Shown piece by piece: positions 54,303-64,000 of a stretch of 64,000 bases of DNA. How positions within the stretch are numbered: the stretch's first letter is position 1; every line of letters starts with the position of its first letter. The notes under the pieces are model-generated. The model searched no databases, was not told the origin of the DNA, and saw nothing but the letters and a program-made list of their open reading frames with translations. The stretch lies in assembly GCA_947259355.1 (NCBI GenBank), contig CAMYMF010000014.1:9180-73179 (forward strand), in the 5' to 3' direction. Origin of the DNA: an uncultured Nitrospirota bacterium (GTDB taxonomy: Bacteria > CG2-30-53-67). The translations under genes and the position numbers were made by a program.

Positions 54303-55457
54303 CTATCTCCCGTGTTTCTCCCGGGCGCTGAGATGCCGCTCGACGCGCGCAAGGCCGTCCCGGATCTTCTCCATACTGTTGGCGTAGGAGAAGCGAAGAT
54401 ACCCCTCTGCGTTTGTTCCGAAATCGATGCCCGGTGTGACCGCCACCCCCGCTTCATTGAGCAGCTCCAACGCCAGGGCATAGGAATCGGTGCCGAACTT
54501 GGCGGCATTGGCCAGCACATAGAAGGCGCCCGTTGGTTCGACGGCCACACCGAAGCCGATCTCCCGGAGCCGGCCGATCATGAAGCGGCGCCGTTCATCG
54601 TAAGTTTTGAGCATCTCGGCACAGCGGGCCTCGCTCTCTTGGAGCGCCGTGATCCCCGCCCACTGCACGAAGTCGGGCGCGGAAATGATGAAGTTCTGCT
54701 GCAGACGTTGTATCGGCCGAACCAGCGCTTCGGGCAGAATGGCATAACCCAAGCGCCATCCCGTCATGGCAAAGCGCTTGGAGAACCCATTGACGACAAT
54801 CGCGTGATCCGTATACTCGAGCATGGTGTGGGCCCGCCCCTCGTACACGAGTCCGTGGTAGATCTCGTCGGAAATGACCAAGGGCCCCAGGGCGGCAATG
54901 GCCTCGAGGGAAGTCTCCGGCAGGATCGTGCCGACGGGGTTGGAGGGTGAATTGATCAGGATCGCCTTGGTCTGCGGGGTGATCCGCTTGCGGATCGCGT
55001 CGGGCTGTGGCTGAAATCCCTCCTCCTCGCGCGTCATGACGAAGCGGGGGATGCCGCCGCAGATGCGAATCAGATTGGGATAGCACGAGTAGTGGGGATT
55101 GCCCAGAATGACCTCTTCGCCGGGGTTGAGCAGCAGCGCGAAGATGAGCCACATCACTGGCGAGGTCCCGGGCGTCACGAGGATCCTGTCCGGAGACAGG
55201 GCGACGTCGTAGGTGCGTGTGTACCACTCCGCGATGGCCTCGCGCAGGGGGATCAGTCCCAGGCTGTGGGTGTAGTGGGTCTTGCCGGCGCGGATGGCGG
55301 CAATGCCGGCTTCCTGCACACAGCGAGGCGTGGGAAAGTCGGGCTCCCCCACCTCCAGGTGGATCACCTCCCTCCCCTCCCGCTCCAGGGCCTGGGCCTT
55401 CTCCAGGATGTCCATGACGATGAAGGGGGGAATCTGCAGGGCGATCTTTGAGAGCAT
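54303..55457 (-). CDS. class I/II pyridoxal-phosphate-dependent aminotransferase
   Basis: SPSNPVG and PLP-lysine motif FSKRFAMTGWRLGY. ATG at 55457 (MLSKIALQIPPF). Confidence 0.9.
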   Translation of the reverse strand: MLSKIALQIPPFIVMDILEKAQALEREGREVIHLEVGEPDFPTPRCVQEAGIAAIRAGKTHYTHSLGLIPLREAIAEWYTRTYDVALSPDRILVTPGTSPVMWLIFALLLNPGEEVILGNPHYSCYPNLIRICGGIPRFVMTREEEGFQPQPDAIRKRITPQTKAILINSPSNPVGTILPETSLEAIAALGPLVISDEIYHGLVYEGRAHTMLEYTDHAIVVNGFSKRFAMTGWRLGYAILPEALVRPIQRLQQNFIISAPDFVQWAGITALQESEARCAEMLKTYDERRRFMIGRLREIGFGVAVEPTGAFYVLANAAKFGTDSYALALELLNEAGVAVTPGIDFGTNAEGYLRFSYANSMEKIRDGLARVERHLSAREKHGR

Positions 55458-55581
55458 GGGCAATGACCCTTCTTGCTGCGCAATCGTACGTCCCCCTCGG
55501 GATGGCCGTAACATACCCGATGGGGCCAATTCAAGTCAAGAACCCCTTTTGACAATGGCGGGATCTGCCTTGGGACGAGCA

Positions 55582-55610
55582 TTGACTTGCGCGGGTGAAA
55601 CAGCTAGACT
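55582..55610 (+). promoter_or_regulatory. candidate sigma-70 promoter of PMM/PGM gene
   Basis: TTGACT (55582-55587), 17-nt spacer, TAGACT (55605-55610). The leader would be long (about 240 nt). Confidence 0.35.
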
Positions 55611-55852
55611 AGTTTTTATCCGGAAACGGCCCTTTTCCCGATGAGCCGCGTTCTCCGCGGGCTTACTTCCTCGACGTACAATGAGTGCGCCTCGTCGTCA
55701 ACCCTTGTGCGGCCTTGCTCATCGAAAAAGTGGCTCATTTCCAAATTCAAAACCTATGCGTGCCCGTTTCAGTTTTCGGATGGACACGAGACCAATTCGC
55801 CTGTGTCCAAAGACACCATGCAGTGGGGCAGCCGCGGGAGATGCGGGTGGTG

Positions 55853-57244
55853 ATGAGGATTCCCGATCATATTTTCAAAGGCTACGACATTCGCGGGCTG
55901 GTACCGGCGGAGTTGAACGCCGACAACATCTATCAAATCGCCCAGGCCATTCTGCGCTTCTACCAGATCCGCTGCGGGAAGAACGCTGTTCGCATCGCGG
56001 CCGGACACGACATGCGTACCAGCGCGCCCGATCTCTATCCCAGACTCAAGCAAGCGCTCATCGACGGCGGCGCCCAGGTCCAGGATGTCGGTCTCGTCTC
56101 CACACCGACCCTCTACTTCGCTGTCCTGCATTTGAAGGCGGACGCAGGGGTCCAACTGACCGCCTCCCACAACCCCCCCGGTTACAACGGGATCAAGATG
56201 GTGCTGCGGGACGGCGGGCGGATCACCAAGATCGGCAAGCCCACGGGCATTCTGGAGATTCAAGAATACGCGCGCGACGGTGTGATCCTTTCGGTTCCGG
56301 GGGGGCGGGAGGAGACGGTCTCGGGCATTGTCGAGGAGGAGATCGCCTTTGTGTTCGCCCAGGTGAACCCCGCAGGCTTAAAACCGCTGAAAGTGGTGGC
56401 CGATCCGGCCAATGCCATGGCCATCACCTATCTGGGGCCCCTTTTTGAGAAGCTCCCGGGCGAGCTGGTGAAGATGAACTTCGAGCTGGATGGCACTTTC
56501 CCGGCCCATCAGCCCGACCCGTTGGTCTTCAAGAATCTCGAAGCCCTGCGCCGGCGGGTGATCGCAGAAGGTGCCGATCTCGGCCTGGCACCGGACGGGG
56601 ACGGGGACCGCATGTTTTTCGTCGATGAAAAAGGAGGGGTCGTGACGGGTGCGCAGTCCACCGCACTGGTGGCCCGGGAGTTGCTCCGAACCAATCCGGG
56701 TGCGACCATCCTCTTTGACATCCGCTATACCATGACGCCCAGTGCCATCATCCGGGAGAACGGCGGCCGGTCGATCATGACGCCGGTGGGGCATGCCTAC
56801 ATCACCCGCGATCTCAACGCCCACGGCGGTCTCTACGGCGGCGAGTCGTCGGAGCACAACTTCTTCGAATGCACGGGCGGCGCGGAATCCCCGCTCATCA
56901 TGATGCTGCTCATGATGCATATCCTCTCTCGGTCGGGCAAAACCCTCTCGGCGCTCGTATCGGAAATCAGACGAAGCTTTGAATCGGGCGAGCACAATTT
57001 CCGAACGGAAAACGCGCAGCGGATACTCCGTGAGCTGAGGCAGAAATACGACACGGGGATGGTTTCAGATTTGGACGGAGTGGTCGTCGAGTATCCCGAG
57101 TGGCGCTTCAATGTGCGCACGTCCAATACGGAGCCTCTCATGCGCCTCAATCTGGAGGCCCGAAGCGAAGCGCTGATGCGGGACAAGCTCCAAGAGGTGC
57201 AGGCGCTGCTCATGGCACACGGCGCGAAACCCTATGGAGATTGA
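55853..57244 (+). CDS. phosphomannomutase/phosphoglucomutase
   Basis: Active-site TASHNPPGYNGIK and Mg loop PDGDGDRMF. Start at 55853 or 55841. Confidence 0.9.
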   Translation: MRIPDHIFKGYDIRGLVPAELNADNIYQIAQAILRFYQIRCGKNAVRIAAGHDMRTSAPDLYPRLKQALIDGGAQVQDVGLVSTPTLYFAVLHLKADAGVQLTASHNPPGYNGIKMVLRDGGRITKIGKPTGILEIQEYARDGVILSVPGGREETVSGIVEEEIAFVFAQVNPAGLKPLKVVADPANAMAITYLGPLFEKLPGELVKMNFELDGTFPAHQPDPLVFKNLEALRRRVIAEGADLGLAPDGDGDRMFFVDEKGGVVTGAQSTALVARELLRTNPGATILFDIRYTMTPSAIIRENGGRSIMTPVGHAYITRDLNAHGGLYGGESSEHNFFECTGGAESPLIMMLLMMHILSRSGKTLSALVSEIRRSFESGEHNFRTENAQRILRELRQKYDTGMVSDLDGVVVEYPEWRFNVRTSNTEPLMRLNLEARSEALMRDKLQEVQALLMAHGAKPYGD

Positions 57245-57250
57245 TACCTC

Positions 57251-57799
57251 GTGAAACCGTATTTTCCGGATGCCCTGCTGTATGCCGACACCCCGAAGGC
57301 CGACATCGTGGCGGCGGTGAAGAAGATGATCCATCAGCTCGGCTTCACCATCGTCGATGACATGTCCGACAAGCCTTGGGGCGCGGGCTACCGCTTTCAG
57401 GATGGGGACCTGCCTTCTTTTCTTGCGGCCTTCTATGCCGACGAGACCGTGGACACCCCGGCGGGCATGAGCCTGAGTCCCAAGGTTTTGCTCATTGCAC
57501 CGGAGAAAAGACTTTCGTGGCAGTACCATCACCGGCGGGCGGAGCTGTGGAAGGTGTTCGCGGGGCCCGTGGGAACGATCCGAAGCCATTCGGATGCGCT
57601 CCAGCCGGTACAGGTGCACGCGAAAGGCGACCTGGTGGTTTGTGCCTGCGGCGAGCGCCACCGGATCGTCGGACTGGACAACTGGGCCATCATTGCGGAG
57701 ATCTGGCAGCATACCGATCTGAGCCACCCCTCTGAAGAGGAGGATATCGTTCGCGTCCTGGACGATTTCGGACGAAAAGGATCCACCGCCAAACGGTGA
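57251..57799 (+). CDS. cupin protein resembling the type II phosphomannose isomerase C-terminal domain
   Basis: KPWGAGYRF...LSWQYHHRRAELWKVFAG...HRIVG. GTG start 6 nt after the PMM stop. Confidence 0.65.
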   Translation: MKPYFPDALLYADTPKADIVAAVKKMIHQLGFTIVDDMSDKPWGAGYRFQDGDLPSFLAAFYADETVDTPAGMSLSPKVLLIAPEKRLSWQYHHRRAELWKVFAGPVGTIRSHSDALQPVQVHAKGDLVVCACGERHRIVGLDNWAIIAEIWQHTDLSHPSEEEDIVRVLDDFGRKGSTAKR

Positions 57800-58030
57800 G
57801 CATCGCCGCTACGACACGGATGTGGAGACCATGGCTTGGGTGGCCGTGGGCTATGGAGAGACCTTCGGATTTGTTCGGCACGAAGGGGCTCGGCCGGGCG
57901 ACGGTCTACAGCTCGACATCGATGGGGCACTCTTTGCCCAGTGCAATGTCGATGAGGATTCCTAGGATCTGGTCAACGCGGACCACGCCATCGGCGTGCC
58001 GCTGACCCCCCACCAGGGGCCTGATAAGTG

Positions 58031-60019
58031 TCAGGCGTCCAACACCTGACGTAGCTTTCCGAGGAACGCATCCCGTTTGAAGGGTTTCTGAATAAAAGCG
58101 TCTTGCGGGATTGCGATACCGCGCTGCAGCAGGGCATCCCCCACATAACCTGACATGAAGAGCACACGAACCCCCGGGTGGAGGGACTGTAACTGTTCAG
58201 CCAGTTCCTTTCCGCTCATGCCCGGCATGACGAGATCAGTGACCAGCAGATCGATTCTTCCTGAGGCGACGCGACCGGCTTCCAACGCTTCGTCACCATT
58301 GGGGGCCATCAGGACGACATAGCCCATCGGTGCCAGCATGGCTTTGACCAGTCGGCGAATAGAGGCATTGTCATCGGCCACCAGAATGGTCTCTGTGCCC
58401 CGCGGCATCTTCCCGGGGTCGACCTGTATCGGCTCTGTCAGAGGAGGCTCCCCTGCCGGGAAATAGATGTCGAACGTCGTCCCCTCTCCCGGTTTGCTGT
58501 CGAGCACGATGTATCCGTTGTGTTGGTTGACGATGCCGTAAACCGTGGAAAGGCCCAAGCCGGTTCCCTTGCCCTGCTCCTTGGTTGTGAAAAATGGCTC
58601 AAAGATCCGTTCTGTCATGGCAGGGTCGATCCCGGCACCCGTGTCGCTGACGGAAAGCACCACATAGGATCCCGGTGGCGCGGTCTGGGGACCGAGGGTG
58701 TGTGACGCCGAAAGTACGGTTTTGCGGGTTTGGATGCTCAGCAGCCCGCCGCCAGGCATGGCGTCCGCGGCATTGACGGCTAGATTCATCAGGACCTGTT
58801 CCATCTGGACGGGGTCGGCCCTCACGGTGGCGCCGGGTGTTCGTTTTTGCAGGGTCAGCACAATGTCCTCCCCGATGATGCGTTCGATCATTTTGGACAT
58901 GTTATCGACAACTGTGTTCAGGTCCACCGGACGTATGTCCATGACCTGTTTCCGGCTGAAGGCGAGAAGCCGTCTGGTGAGCGCTGCGGCTTTCTCGCCC
59001 GATTCTCTGATGATCTCGATGCTCTCCCGCAAAGGGTGGCCTTGCGGCAGTTCCAGCAGGATCAGATCGCTATAGCCCAGAACGGCGGAGAGGATGTTGT
59101 TGAAATCATGGGCCACACCGCCGGCAAACCGGCCGATGGACTCCATCTTCTGGGCATGGAGGAGCTGGGCTTCGAGGTTCTTTTTCTCGGTGATATCGGT
59201 GATAATCTGTATGACGGAGGTAATCGTGCCCGATTCGTCCTTCATGGGATAGGCATTGGTTTGGGCCAGAAAGGTGTTGCCCTGGGCGTCCTCTAGTTTG
59301 TGCGTCGATGCCGCCGGTTTCCCCGTGTCGAAAACATTTTTGACCGTGCAGGTGTCGCCTCCTTCAAAGCACGGCCGGTCCCGTCGACAGGCCACCGCGT
59401 GGCAGGTTCGTCCCAGAAGGTCCGCCAGCGGTACCTGCATCTTTTCGCAGAAGGCCCGATTGGCTGACACAATGCGGTACCTGGCATCCATGACCACAAA
59501 ACCTTCTTCCACACTCTCCAAGATGCCTTGAATAAACGCTTCGGCCTTGCGGCGTTTCGTGACCTCCCGCCGCAGCTCTTCATTGGAGTGAATCAGGTCG
59601 GCGGTGCGGCTCTTCACCGCATTTTCAAGCCGCAGCCTGTCGTCCGCCAGGATCTCCTGGCGCTCCAGGTTTTCCAGGATGATGGCCACCATCCGAATGG
59701 CGTTTCTCAGAAGGGGGAAGAAATCGGGGGCTACAGCATCGGGGTCTCCCGTTACGACGATCCGCCCAAAGGAGCGCCGGTGCGTGGCCACCTCGATGGT
59801 GTTCTCGGAGGCCGCGGATCCGCTTTCAGGAATGGCCAGCCGAAGGGCGTCCTGCATGGTGTTGATGGCGTCCACGAAAACGGGCAAGACGGCCTCACGG
59901 CTCTTGATTTGCGTGAGGTTTGCCATCAGTAGCAGAACCTGGTGGGACAAGGCGTTTTCAGACATGGGCCCGGGTTCTACTGGCGGTTCAGAAAATGGGG
60001 TGCCTTCTTCTTGAGCCAT
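58031..60019 (-). CDS. hybrid sensor histidine kinase (N-terminal sensor, PAS, HisKA, HATPase, REC)
   Basis: H-box [12 protein letters not shown]-box [10 protein letters not shown]-terminal REC (ILVADDN...[11 protein letters not shown]). An alternative start is the ATG at 59965. Confidence 0.9.
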   Translation of the reverse strand: MAQEEGTPFSEPPVEPGPMSENALSHQVLLLMANLTQIKSREAVLPVFVDAINTMQDALRLAIPESGSAASENTIEVATHRRSFGRIVVTGDPDAVAPDFFPLLRNAIRMVAIILENLERQEILADDRLRLENAVKSRTADLIHSNEELRREVTKRRKAEAFIQGILESVEEGFVVMDARYRIVSANRAFCEKMQVPLADLLGRTCHAVACRRDRPCFEGGDTCTVKNVFDTGKPAASTHKLEDAQGNTFLAQTNAYPMKDESGTITSVIQIITDITEKKNLEAQLLHAQKMESIGRFAGGVAHDFNNILSAVLGYSDLILLELPQGHPLRESIEIIRESGEKAAALTRRLLAFSRKQVMDIRPVDLNTVVDNMSKMIERIIGEDIVLTLQKRTPGATVRADPVQMEQVLMNLAVNAADAMPGGGLLSIQTRKTVLSASHTLGPQTAPPGSYVVLSVSDTGAGIDPAMTERIFEPFFTTKEQGKGTGLGLSTVYGIVNQHNGYIVLDSKPGEGTTFDIYFPAGEPPLTEPIQVDPGKMPRGTETILVADDNASIRRLVKAMLAPMGYVVLMAPNGDEALEAGRVASGRIDLLVTDLVMPGMSGKELAEQLQSLHPGVRVLFMSGYVGDALLQRGIAIPQDAFIQKPFKRDAFLGKLRQVLDA

Positions 60020-60636
60020 TCATCGGGCGGTTGATAAAAGGGGTTCTCCGTAATCACGCCGCCGCTGACCACGAAAGGATGGGTGTGGAGGACGGCCATC
60101 AGGACTGACCCGGAGAACTTGTTCACATTGTAAAGGCAAATGCTGGCAAACGATTTACCCGGATGGAAATAATTGAGTCTCGATTCATAGACCAGGAGAT
60201 GTTCGATGGTGTGCTCACTCTCCAGGGCCCAGACCATTTCCGCAGTGCCTCGAATTTTCCGGTGCCTCTCCTTCTGACTTGCGGCGTAAAATTGGTTGAG
60301 CCGGTCCTCCATACCCCACGGATCGAACCGGCCCGACGCGTCATAGTACATGGTGGCGGGATCGAGCAGTACAAAGCGATTCGGGTCGTCAGGGTGGGCG
60401 GCGGCGGCGGGGAAGCGGCGGGCGTACTCCGCCTTGAAATCCTCTGCACTACGCTCACAGGGGCAATAAAGCAGATAATCCCCAGCAAGGTCTCCCTGGT
60501 GGAGGAAACCCATAATGATCTCGTCCCGTTCGGCTTCGGTTTCATAAAGTCCGCACATATGGGCACCCCAGTTGCAGGTGTGTTCACCGAGGCCGAGTTT
60601 GAAAGCGGGCTGCTCCGAGGTCTTGAGATGTGTCAT
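59977..60636 (-). CDS. MEDS-domain protein
   Basis: 219 aa. HMCGLYETEAERDEIIMGFLHQG...GTAEMVWAL...ASICLYNVNKF fits the MEDS pattern. ATG at 60636 after AGGAGA. The rest of the 702-aa ORF on this strand is antisense to tauE. Confidence 0.7.
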   Translation of the reverse strand: MTHLKTSEQPAFKLGLGEHTCNWGAHMCGLYETEAERDEIIMGFLHQGDLAGDYLLYCPCERSAEDFKAEYARRFPAAAAHPDDPNRFVLLDPATMYYDASGRFDPWGMEDRLNQFYAASQKERHRKIRGTAEMVWALESEHTIEHLLVYESRLNYFHPGKSFASICLYNVNKFSGSVLMAVLHTHPFVVSGGVITENPFYQPPDEWLKKKAPHFLNRQ

Positions 60637-60886
60637 GGGGCGTCTCCTTTCCTGATTCCTCCATCGTTTGCCGGCGGTGACCGCGCTCCTTTGCGTTGCA
60701 GGCTTTACGGAATGGCGCAGAAGGACCTGTTGCGCCGACAATTGCGCAGAAGTATAGCGCTTTCGGTCTACGCTTGCAGTACATTCCTGGCGTCCCGTCA
60801 TGCGGGACATCGCGCCGTCGTTGTTCGCGGCACCGCACTGATGGAGTGCGCCAAAAAAAATATTCAAAAAAAAACATATATTGCCA

Positions 60887-60915
60887 TTGACATATGGGAG
60901 TGAGAGGAGTAGTAT
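60887..60915 (+). promoter_or_regulatory. candidate sigma-70 promoter of tauE-DUF1634-usp, with an upstream A-tract
   Basis: TTGACA (60887-60892), 17-nt spacer, TAGTAT (60910-60915), preceded by the A-rich ccaaaaaaaatattcaaaaaaaaaca (60851-60876). Confidence 0.5.
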
Positions 60916-60990
60916 GCCGGACGCTTTTGTCTTCAAACGAGATTTCCACTTCAAAAAGTCACCCTTTCCTACAAAAAGGGAGTTGTCCAC

Positions 60991-61953
60991 ATGGCCCGGG
61001 GCAAAGCGTGGCCCATTCTGCTGGGAGCTTTTCTGACCGTCTTTGCTTGCGTAAGGGCCGGCTTTGCTTCCGAACAGGCTGCAGCGGTCGTCCAGAAAGG
61101 CTCGTCCATGCCCTGGTGGGCGTGGCCGCTTATTCTCTTTGTCGTGACCTTTGTCTTGGGCATCCTGGCGGTACTGGGCGGTGTTGGGGGTGGCGTCTTG
61201 TATGTTCCCATTATTGGCGGTTTTTTCCCGTTTCACCTCGATTTTGTTCGGGGAGCGGGGCTGCTGGTAGCCCTGGCCGGCGCGCTGGCGGCCGGTCCGG
61301 GTTTGCTCAAGAAGGGGCTGGCCGACCTGCGTCTCGTGCTGCCGGTGGGGCTGATTGCATCGGCCTGCGCCATTGTTGGGGCCATGATCGGGCTGGCCCT
61401 TCCGACCAATGTGATCCAGACGGCGCTCGGTGGGACCATCCTCGGCATTGTCGCCATCATGCTCGTGGCCAAGAAGTCCGAGTATCCTGAAGTCAAGAAA
61501 CCCGATGCCCTCTCTGCGGCGCTTCGGATCAGCGGCATCTACTATGAAGCGTCTGCCGACAAGGACATCGCGTGGCAGGTGCACCGCACGCCCCAGGCCC
61601 TGGCCACCTTTGTATTGATTGGTGTCATGGCCGGCATGTTCGGTCTGGGTGCTGGGTGGGCCAATGTGCCGGTGCTGAACCTGATGATGGGAGCGCCGCT
61701 GAAAGTCTCGGTGGCCACGAGCAAGTTCCTTCTCTCCATCACCGACACGTCGGCGGCGTGGATCTATGTCAACAATGGGGCCGTGCTGCCGATGATCGTG
61801 GCTCCGTCCATCATCGGGATCATGCTCGGCTCCATGGTGGGGGTGCGGATTCTGACCAAGGTCAAGCCGGCGTCCGTGCGCTACATCGTCATCGTCATGC
61901 TCCTTTTTGCCGGATCCCGGGCATTGCTGAAAGGGCTCGGGATCTGGGATTAG
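60991..61953 (+). CDS. TauE/SafE-family sulfite/anion exporter
   Basis: 320 aa with about 8 TM segments. Repeated GGVGGGVLYVP and GLGAGWANVP motifs. Confidence 0.85.
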   Translation: MARGKAWPILLGAFLTVFACVRAGFASEQAAAVVQKGSSMPWWAWPLILFVVTFVLGILAVLGGVGGGVLYVPIIGGFFPFHLDFVRGAGLLVALAGALAAGPGLLKKGLADLRLVLPVGLIASACAIVGAMIGLALPTNVIQTALGGTILGIVAIMLVAKKSEYPEVKKPDALSAALRISGIYYEASADKDIAWQVHRTPQALATFVLIGVMAGMFGLGAGWANVPVLNLMMGAPLKVSVATSKFLLSITDTSAAWIYVNNGAVLPMIVAPSIIGIMLGSMVGVRILTKVKPASVRYIVIVMLLFAGSRALLKGLGIWD

Positions 61954-61984
61954 TCCCAACCGTTTCGGGGGTAAGGAGGCGGAA

Positions 61985-62398
61985 ATGTCCAACAAGAAGG
62001 CGACGGAAGAGCAACTCGCGTATGCCGATCTCCTGGACAAGGGGATGAAGATCGGGCTGCTGATGCTGATTGTGACCTTTCTCATTTACCTGACCGGTAT
62101 TCTGAGGCCCCACATAGTGGTGACCGAATTGCCCCAGTATTGGCAGCTGTCGGTGCACGATTATCTGGAACATGCTCAGGTTCAACCCGGTTGGGCCTGG
62201 CTCGGCCTGTTGGGAAAGGGAGACTTCTTGAATTTCACCGGGATCGCCTTTCTCTCGGGCGTGACCATTATTTGCTTTGGACGGATTGTTCCGATATTAT
62301 TGCGAAAGGGAGACACCGTCTTCGCGGTGATTGCGATCCTGGAACTCTTGGTTTTGGTGCTGGCGGCCTCGGGTTTGCTCAAAGCGGGAGGGCACTGA
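61985..62398 (+). CDS. DUF1634-like small membrane protein
   Basis: 137 aa with 3-4 TM segments. RBS AAGGAGG. The position directly after tauE is typical for DUF1634. Confidence 0.6.
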   Translation: MSNKKATEEQLAYADLLDKGMKIGLLMLIVTFLIYLTGILRPHIVVTELPQYWQLSVHDYLEHAQVQPGWAWLGLLGKGDFLNFTGIAFLSGVTIICFGRIVPILLRKGDTVFAVIAILELLVLVLAASGLLKAGGH

Positions 62399-62401
62399 GT
62401 C

Positions 62402-63232
62402 ATGGAGATGCGCTCGTGTCCCATTGGTGAAATGGAGAAACTGCTCGTGGCCGCGGCCTGCGATGAGTGCAGCAAGGGGGCCGTGCGCGAGACCATGCGT
62501 CTCGCCAAGGTCTGCGCCAGCAAGATGTATGCCGTCTCCGTCGTGGAAACGAATCCGGAGTACTCGGCTCTGGCCATGGACACGGTGGAAGAAGCCGCCA
62601 TCGAAGTGCGGGAGCTCCTCAAGAGTATCAAGGAAGAGGCGGAAGCGGAGGGCCTCGAATGCGAGACCATCGCCCATCGCGGCGGAGATGTCCACCGGCA
62701 CCTCATCGATGACGCCAAGGAGGTCGGGGCGACGCTGATCGTCATGGGCCGCAAGGGAAGGACCGGTTTGAAGCGGCTCATGATGGGCAGTGTTGCCGAA
62801 GCGGTCATCGCGGACGCCCCCTGCAATGTGCTCGTGGTGCCCCGAGAGGCCGGGCTCAGTTTGAAGAGGATTATGGTCGCCACCGACGGCTCGGTGCGAT
62901 GCGAAAAGGCGATCAGCGAAGCGATCAGTCTGGCCAAGCGGAGCGGGAGCGCCCTCATCGCTGTGTCGGTGGCACGGCGGGAATCGGACGGGCATACAGC
63001 GCTCGCCCGTGTGAAGCGTGTTAAAGAGCTTGCCGAGCAGGAAGGTTTTGCTGTGGAGACCGTGACAGCCGTCGGCGTTCCCTACGAGAACATCGTGCAT
63101 GCTGCCAAAGAGCGGGATGTCGATCTAATCGTCGTCGGCCGCAAGGGAAGAACCGGCATCAAGAGTTTCTTCATGGGGAGCAACTCGGAACGGGTCATCG
63201 GACTTTCGACCTGTGCCGTTCTCGTCGTTTGA
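62402..63232 (+). CDS. tandem universal stress protein (2 x UspA domains)
   Basis: Two copies of the ...LIVMGRKGRTGLKRLMMGSVAE.V / LIVVGRKGRTGIKSFFMGSNSERV ATP-binding motif. Confidence 0.85.
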   Translation: MEMRSCPIGEMEKLLVAAACDECSKGAVRETMRLAKVCASKMYAVSVVETNPEYSALAMDTVEEAAIEVRELLKSIKEEAEAEGLECETIAHRGGDVHRHLIDDAKEVGATLIVMGRKGRTGLKRLMMGSVAEAVIADAPCNVLVVPREAGLSLKRIMVATDGSVRCEKAISEAISLAKRSGSALIAVSVARRESDGHTALARVKRVKELAEQEGFAVETVTAVGVPYENIVHAAKERDVDLIVVGRKGRTGIKSFFMGSNSERVIGLSTCAVLVV

Positions 63233-63438
63233 GCTCAAACCGGCAATGACAACGCCGCCTGCGAGAGGCCCTGGCGGCAACCATCCTCCTTCCTGGACCG
63301 GCTAAATTCCGCCCATAGAGTTTTCGTTTGACGTGGAACGACACAAAGTGGTATACACACCGATCCCCTCCGATGGCCGAATTTGGAACATCGGTTTTTT
63401 CTGGTACCCATCACAATTCACCACGCAAGGAGTGCACC

Positions 63439-63939
63439 ATGACGACAGGCAAGCTGAGATCCGCCCCCATCCCATCATTCACCCCATGGACGGCCGTGTT
63501 GGCCCTCTTTCTTCTGGCAGCCCTTTCTGCATGTGGCGGGAGCAAGGCAACGACCGTACCGACGGCCCTCATCAAGGACTACATGGCCAAGCACCAGACC
63601 ATGGTCGACCCGTCCCTGGCAAAGCTCTACATCAAGGAGGAACAGGGCGGTATCCTGGACGCCATCAACCGTACGATCGCCGAAAGGGAGTCCCAGGGGA
63701 GGTTGGAGGCGCTGCGCCATGCCACCTTCGATTTCGCCAATATGAAGGTCGAACTGCTGGGTGAAAAGGAGATTTACGTGGACGATGCGCCGGCGGCCTT
63801 TCTCAAGGTGGCGACGCAGGGGACGTTCACGATGAAACTCGAAGACGGTTCGAAAACAATTCCCGCCGACGGGATCCTGATTCTAGAAAAAGTGAGCGGC
63901 GACTGGAAAGTTACGGAAACCATTAACCCCTGGGGGTGA
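63439..63939 (+). CDS. hypothetical lipoprotein
   Basis: Lipobox LAALSAC. ATG at 63439 after AAGGAG. The ORF is open from 63328. Confidence 0.5.
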   Translation: MTTGKLRSAPIPSFTPWTAVLALFLLAALSACGGSKATTVPTALIKDYMAKHQTMVDPSLAKLYIKEEQGGILDAINRTIAERESQGRLEALRHATFDFANMKVELLGEKEIYVDDAPAAFLKVATQGTFTMKLEDGSKTIPADGILILEKVSGDWKVTETINPWG

Positions 63940-63965
63940 GTGAACCCGTTGCCACAGTCCAACGA

Positions 63966-63999
63966 GGGGCAGAGCAATCCCATGCTCTGCCCCTTGTTT
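63966..63999 (+). terminator. rho-independent terminator
   Basis: 11-bp stem GGGGCAGAGCA/TGCTCTGCCCC with a 6-nt loop, followed by TTGTTT. Confidence 0.7.
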
Positions 64000-64000
64000 C

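Noticed and set aside
57900-58030. Short minus-strand reading frame (..ADGVVRVDQILGILIDIALGKECPIDVEL*) in the 230-nt gap between the cupin and kinase genes
   Set aside because: No ATG or RBS, only about 33 codons from a possible GTG, and no recognisable family. It may be a gene remnant, but the sequence alone does not support that.
60637-62085. Upstream 483 aa of the 702-aa minus-strand ORF
   Set aside because: Only the last 219 aa (the MEDS protein, with its own RBS and ATG at 60636) look real. The rest is antisense to tauE and to the intergenic A-tract, and is Arg/His/Gly/Pro-rich.

Overview
High-GC, gene-dense chromosomal segment with about 60 CDS, 2 tRNAs and the RNase P RNA. I saw no rRNA, CRISPR array, transposase, integrase or phage genes. 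Gene content suggests an anaerobic Desulfobacterota/deltaproteobacterium-like organism (inference only): sigma-54 NtrC-type regulators, an AhbD-type radical-SAM heme synthase, the DUF39 + NIL-ferredoxin homocysteine route, and SelA/FdhD.

Layout, in order:
- CN-hydrolase (truncated) and alanine dehydrogenase, then tRNA-Val.
- A 5-gene operon coupled by overlapping start/stop codons (2996-11262): tandem-PilZ/GNAT-like protein, two B12-radical-SAM enzymes, a GAF histidine kinase and a response regulator.
- OmpA-like lipoprotein.
- Histidine kinase, lipoprotein, sigma-54 regulator and methyltransferase.
- REC-GGDEF-HD-GYP protein.
- Gtr/Arn-like envelope glycosylation operon (GT2, LAB_N, GT39, LpxL-like).
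- DsbA-like protein and a GH13 enzyme.
- Mla-type transporter with two permeases, then a cupin.
- ahbD-like, hemE and hemH, interrupted by repeats.
- APH/P-loop kinase.
- rnpB preceded by RNase H, COG1579 zinc-ribbon and Nif3 genes, plus tRNA-Met(CAU).
- rpsU-yqeY-mutS2-dnaG-rpoD.
- COG3044 ATPase.
- Rrf2, DUF39, cysK and NIL-ferredoxin.
- fdhD, LysR, tatC, selA, an aminotransferase, PMM/PGM and a PMI-type cupin.
- Hybrid PAS kinase with a MEDS protein.
- tauE, DUF1634 and usp, then a lipoprotein.

Most interesting:
1. The PilZ/radical-SAM operon, whose function is unknown.
2. A family of long palindromic MITE-like elements built around AATATTGCA. There are three copies, each immediately 3' of a transcription unit, and two lie beside stable-RNA genes.
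3. A 570-nt nested inverted-repeat block splitting the heme genes.

All functional calls come from motif recognition by eye. No database search was run.
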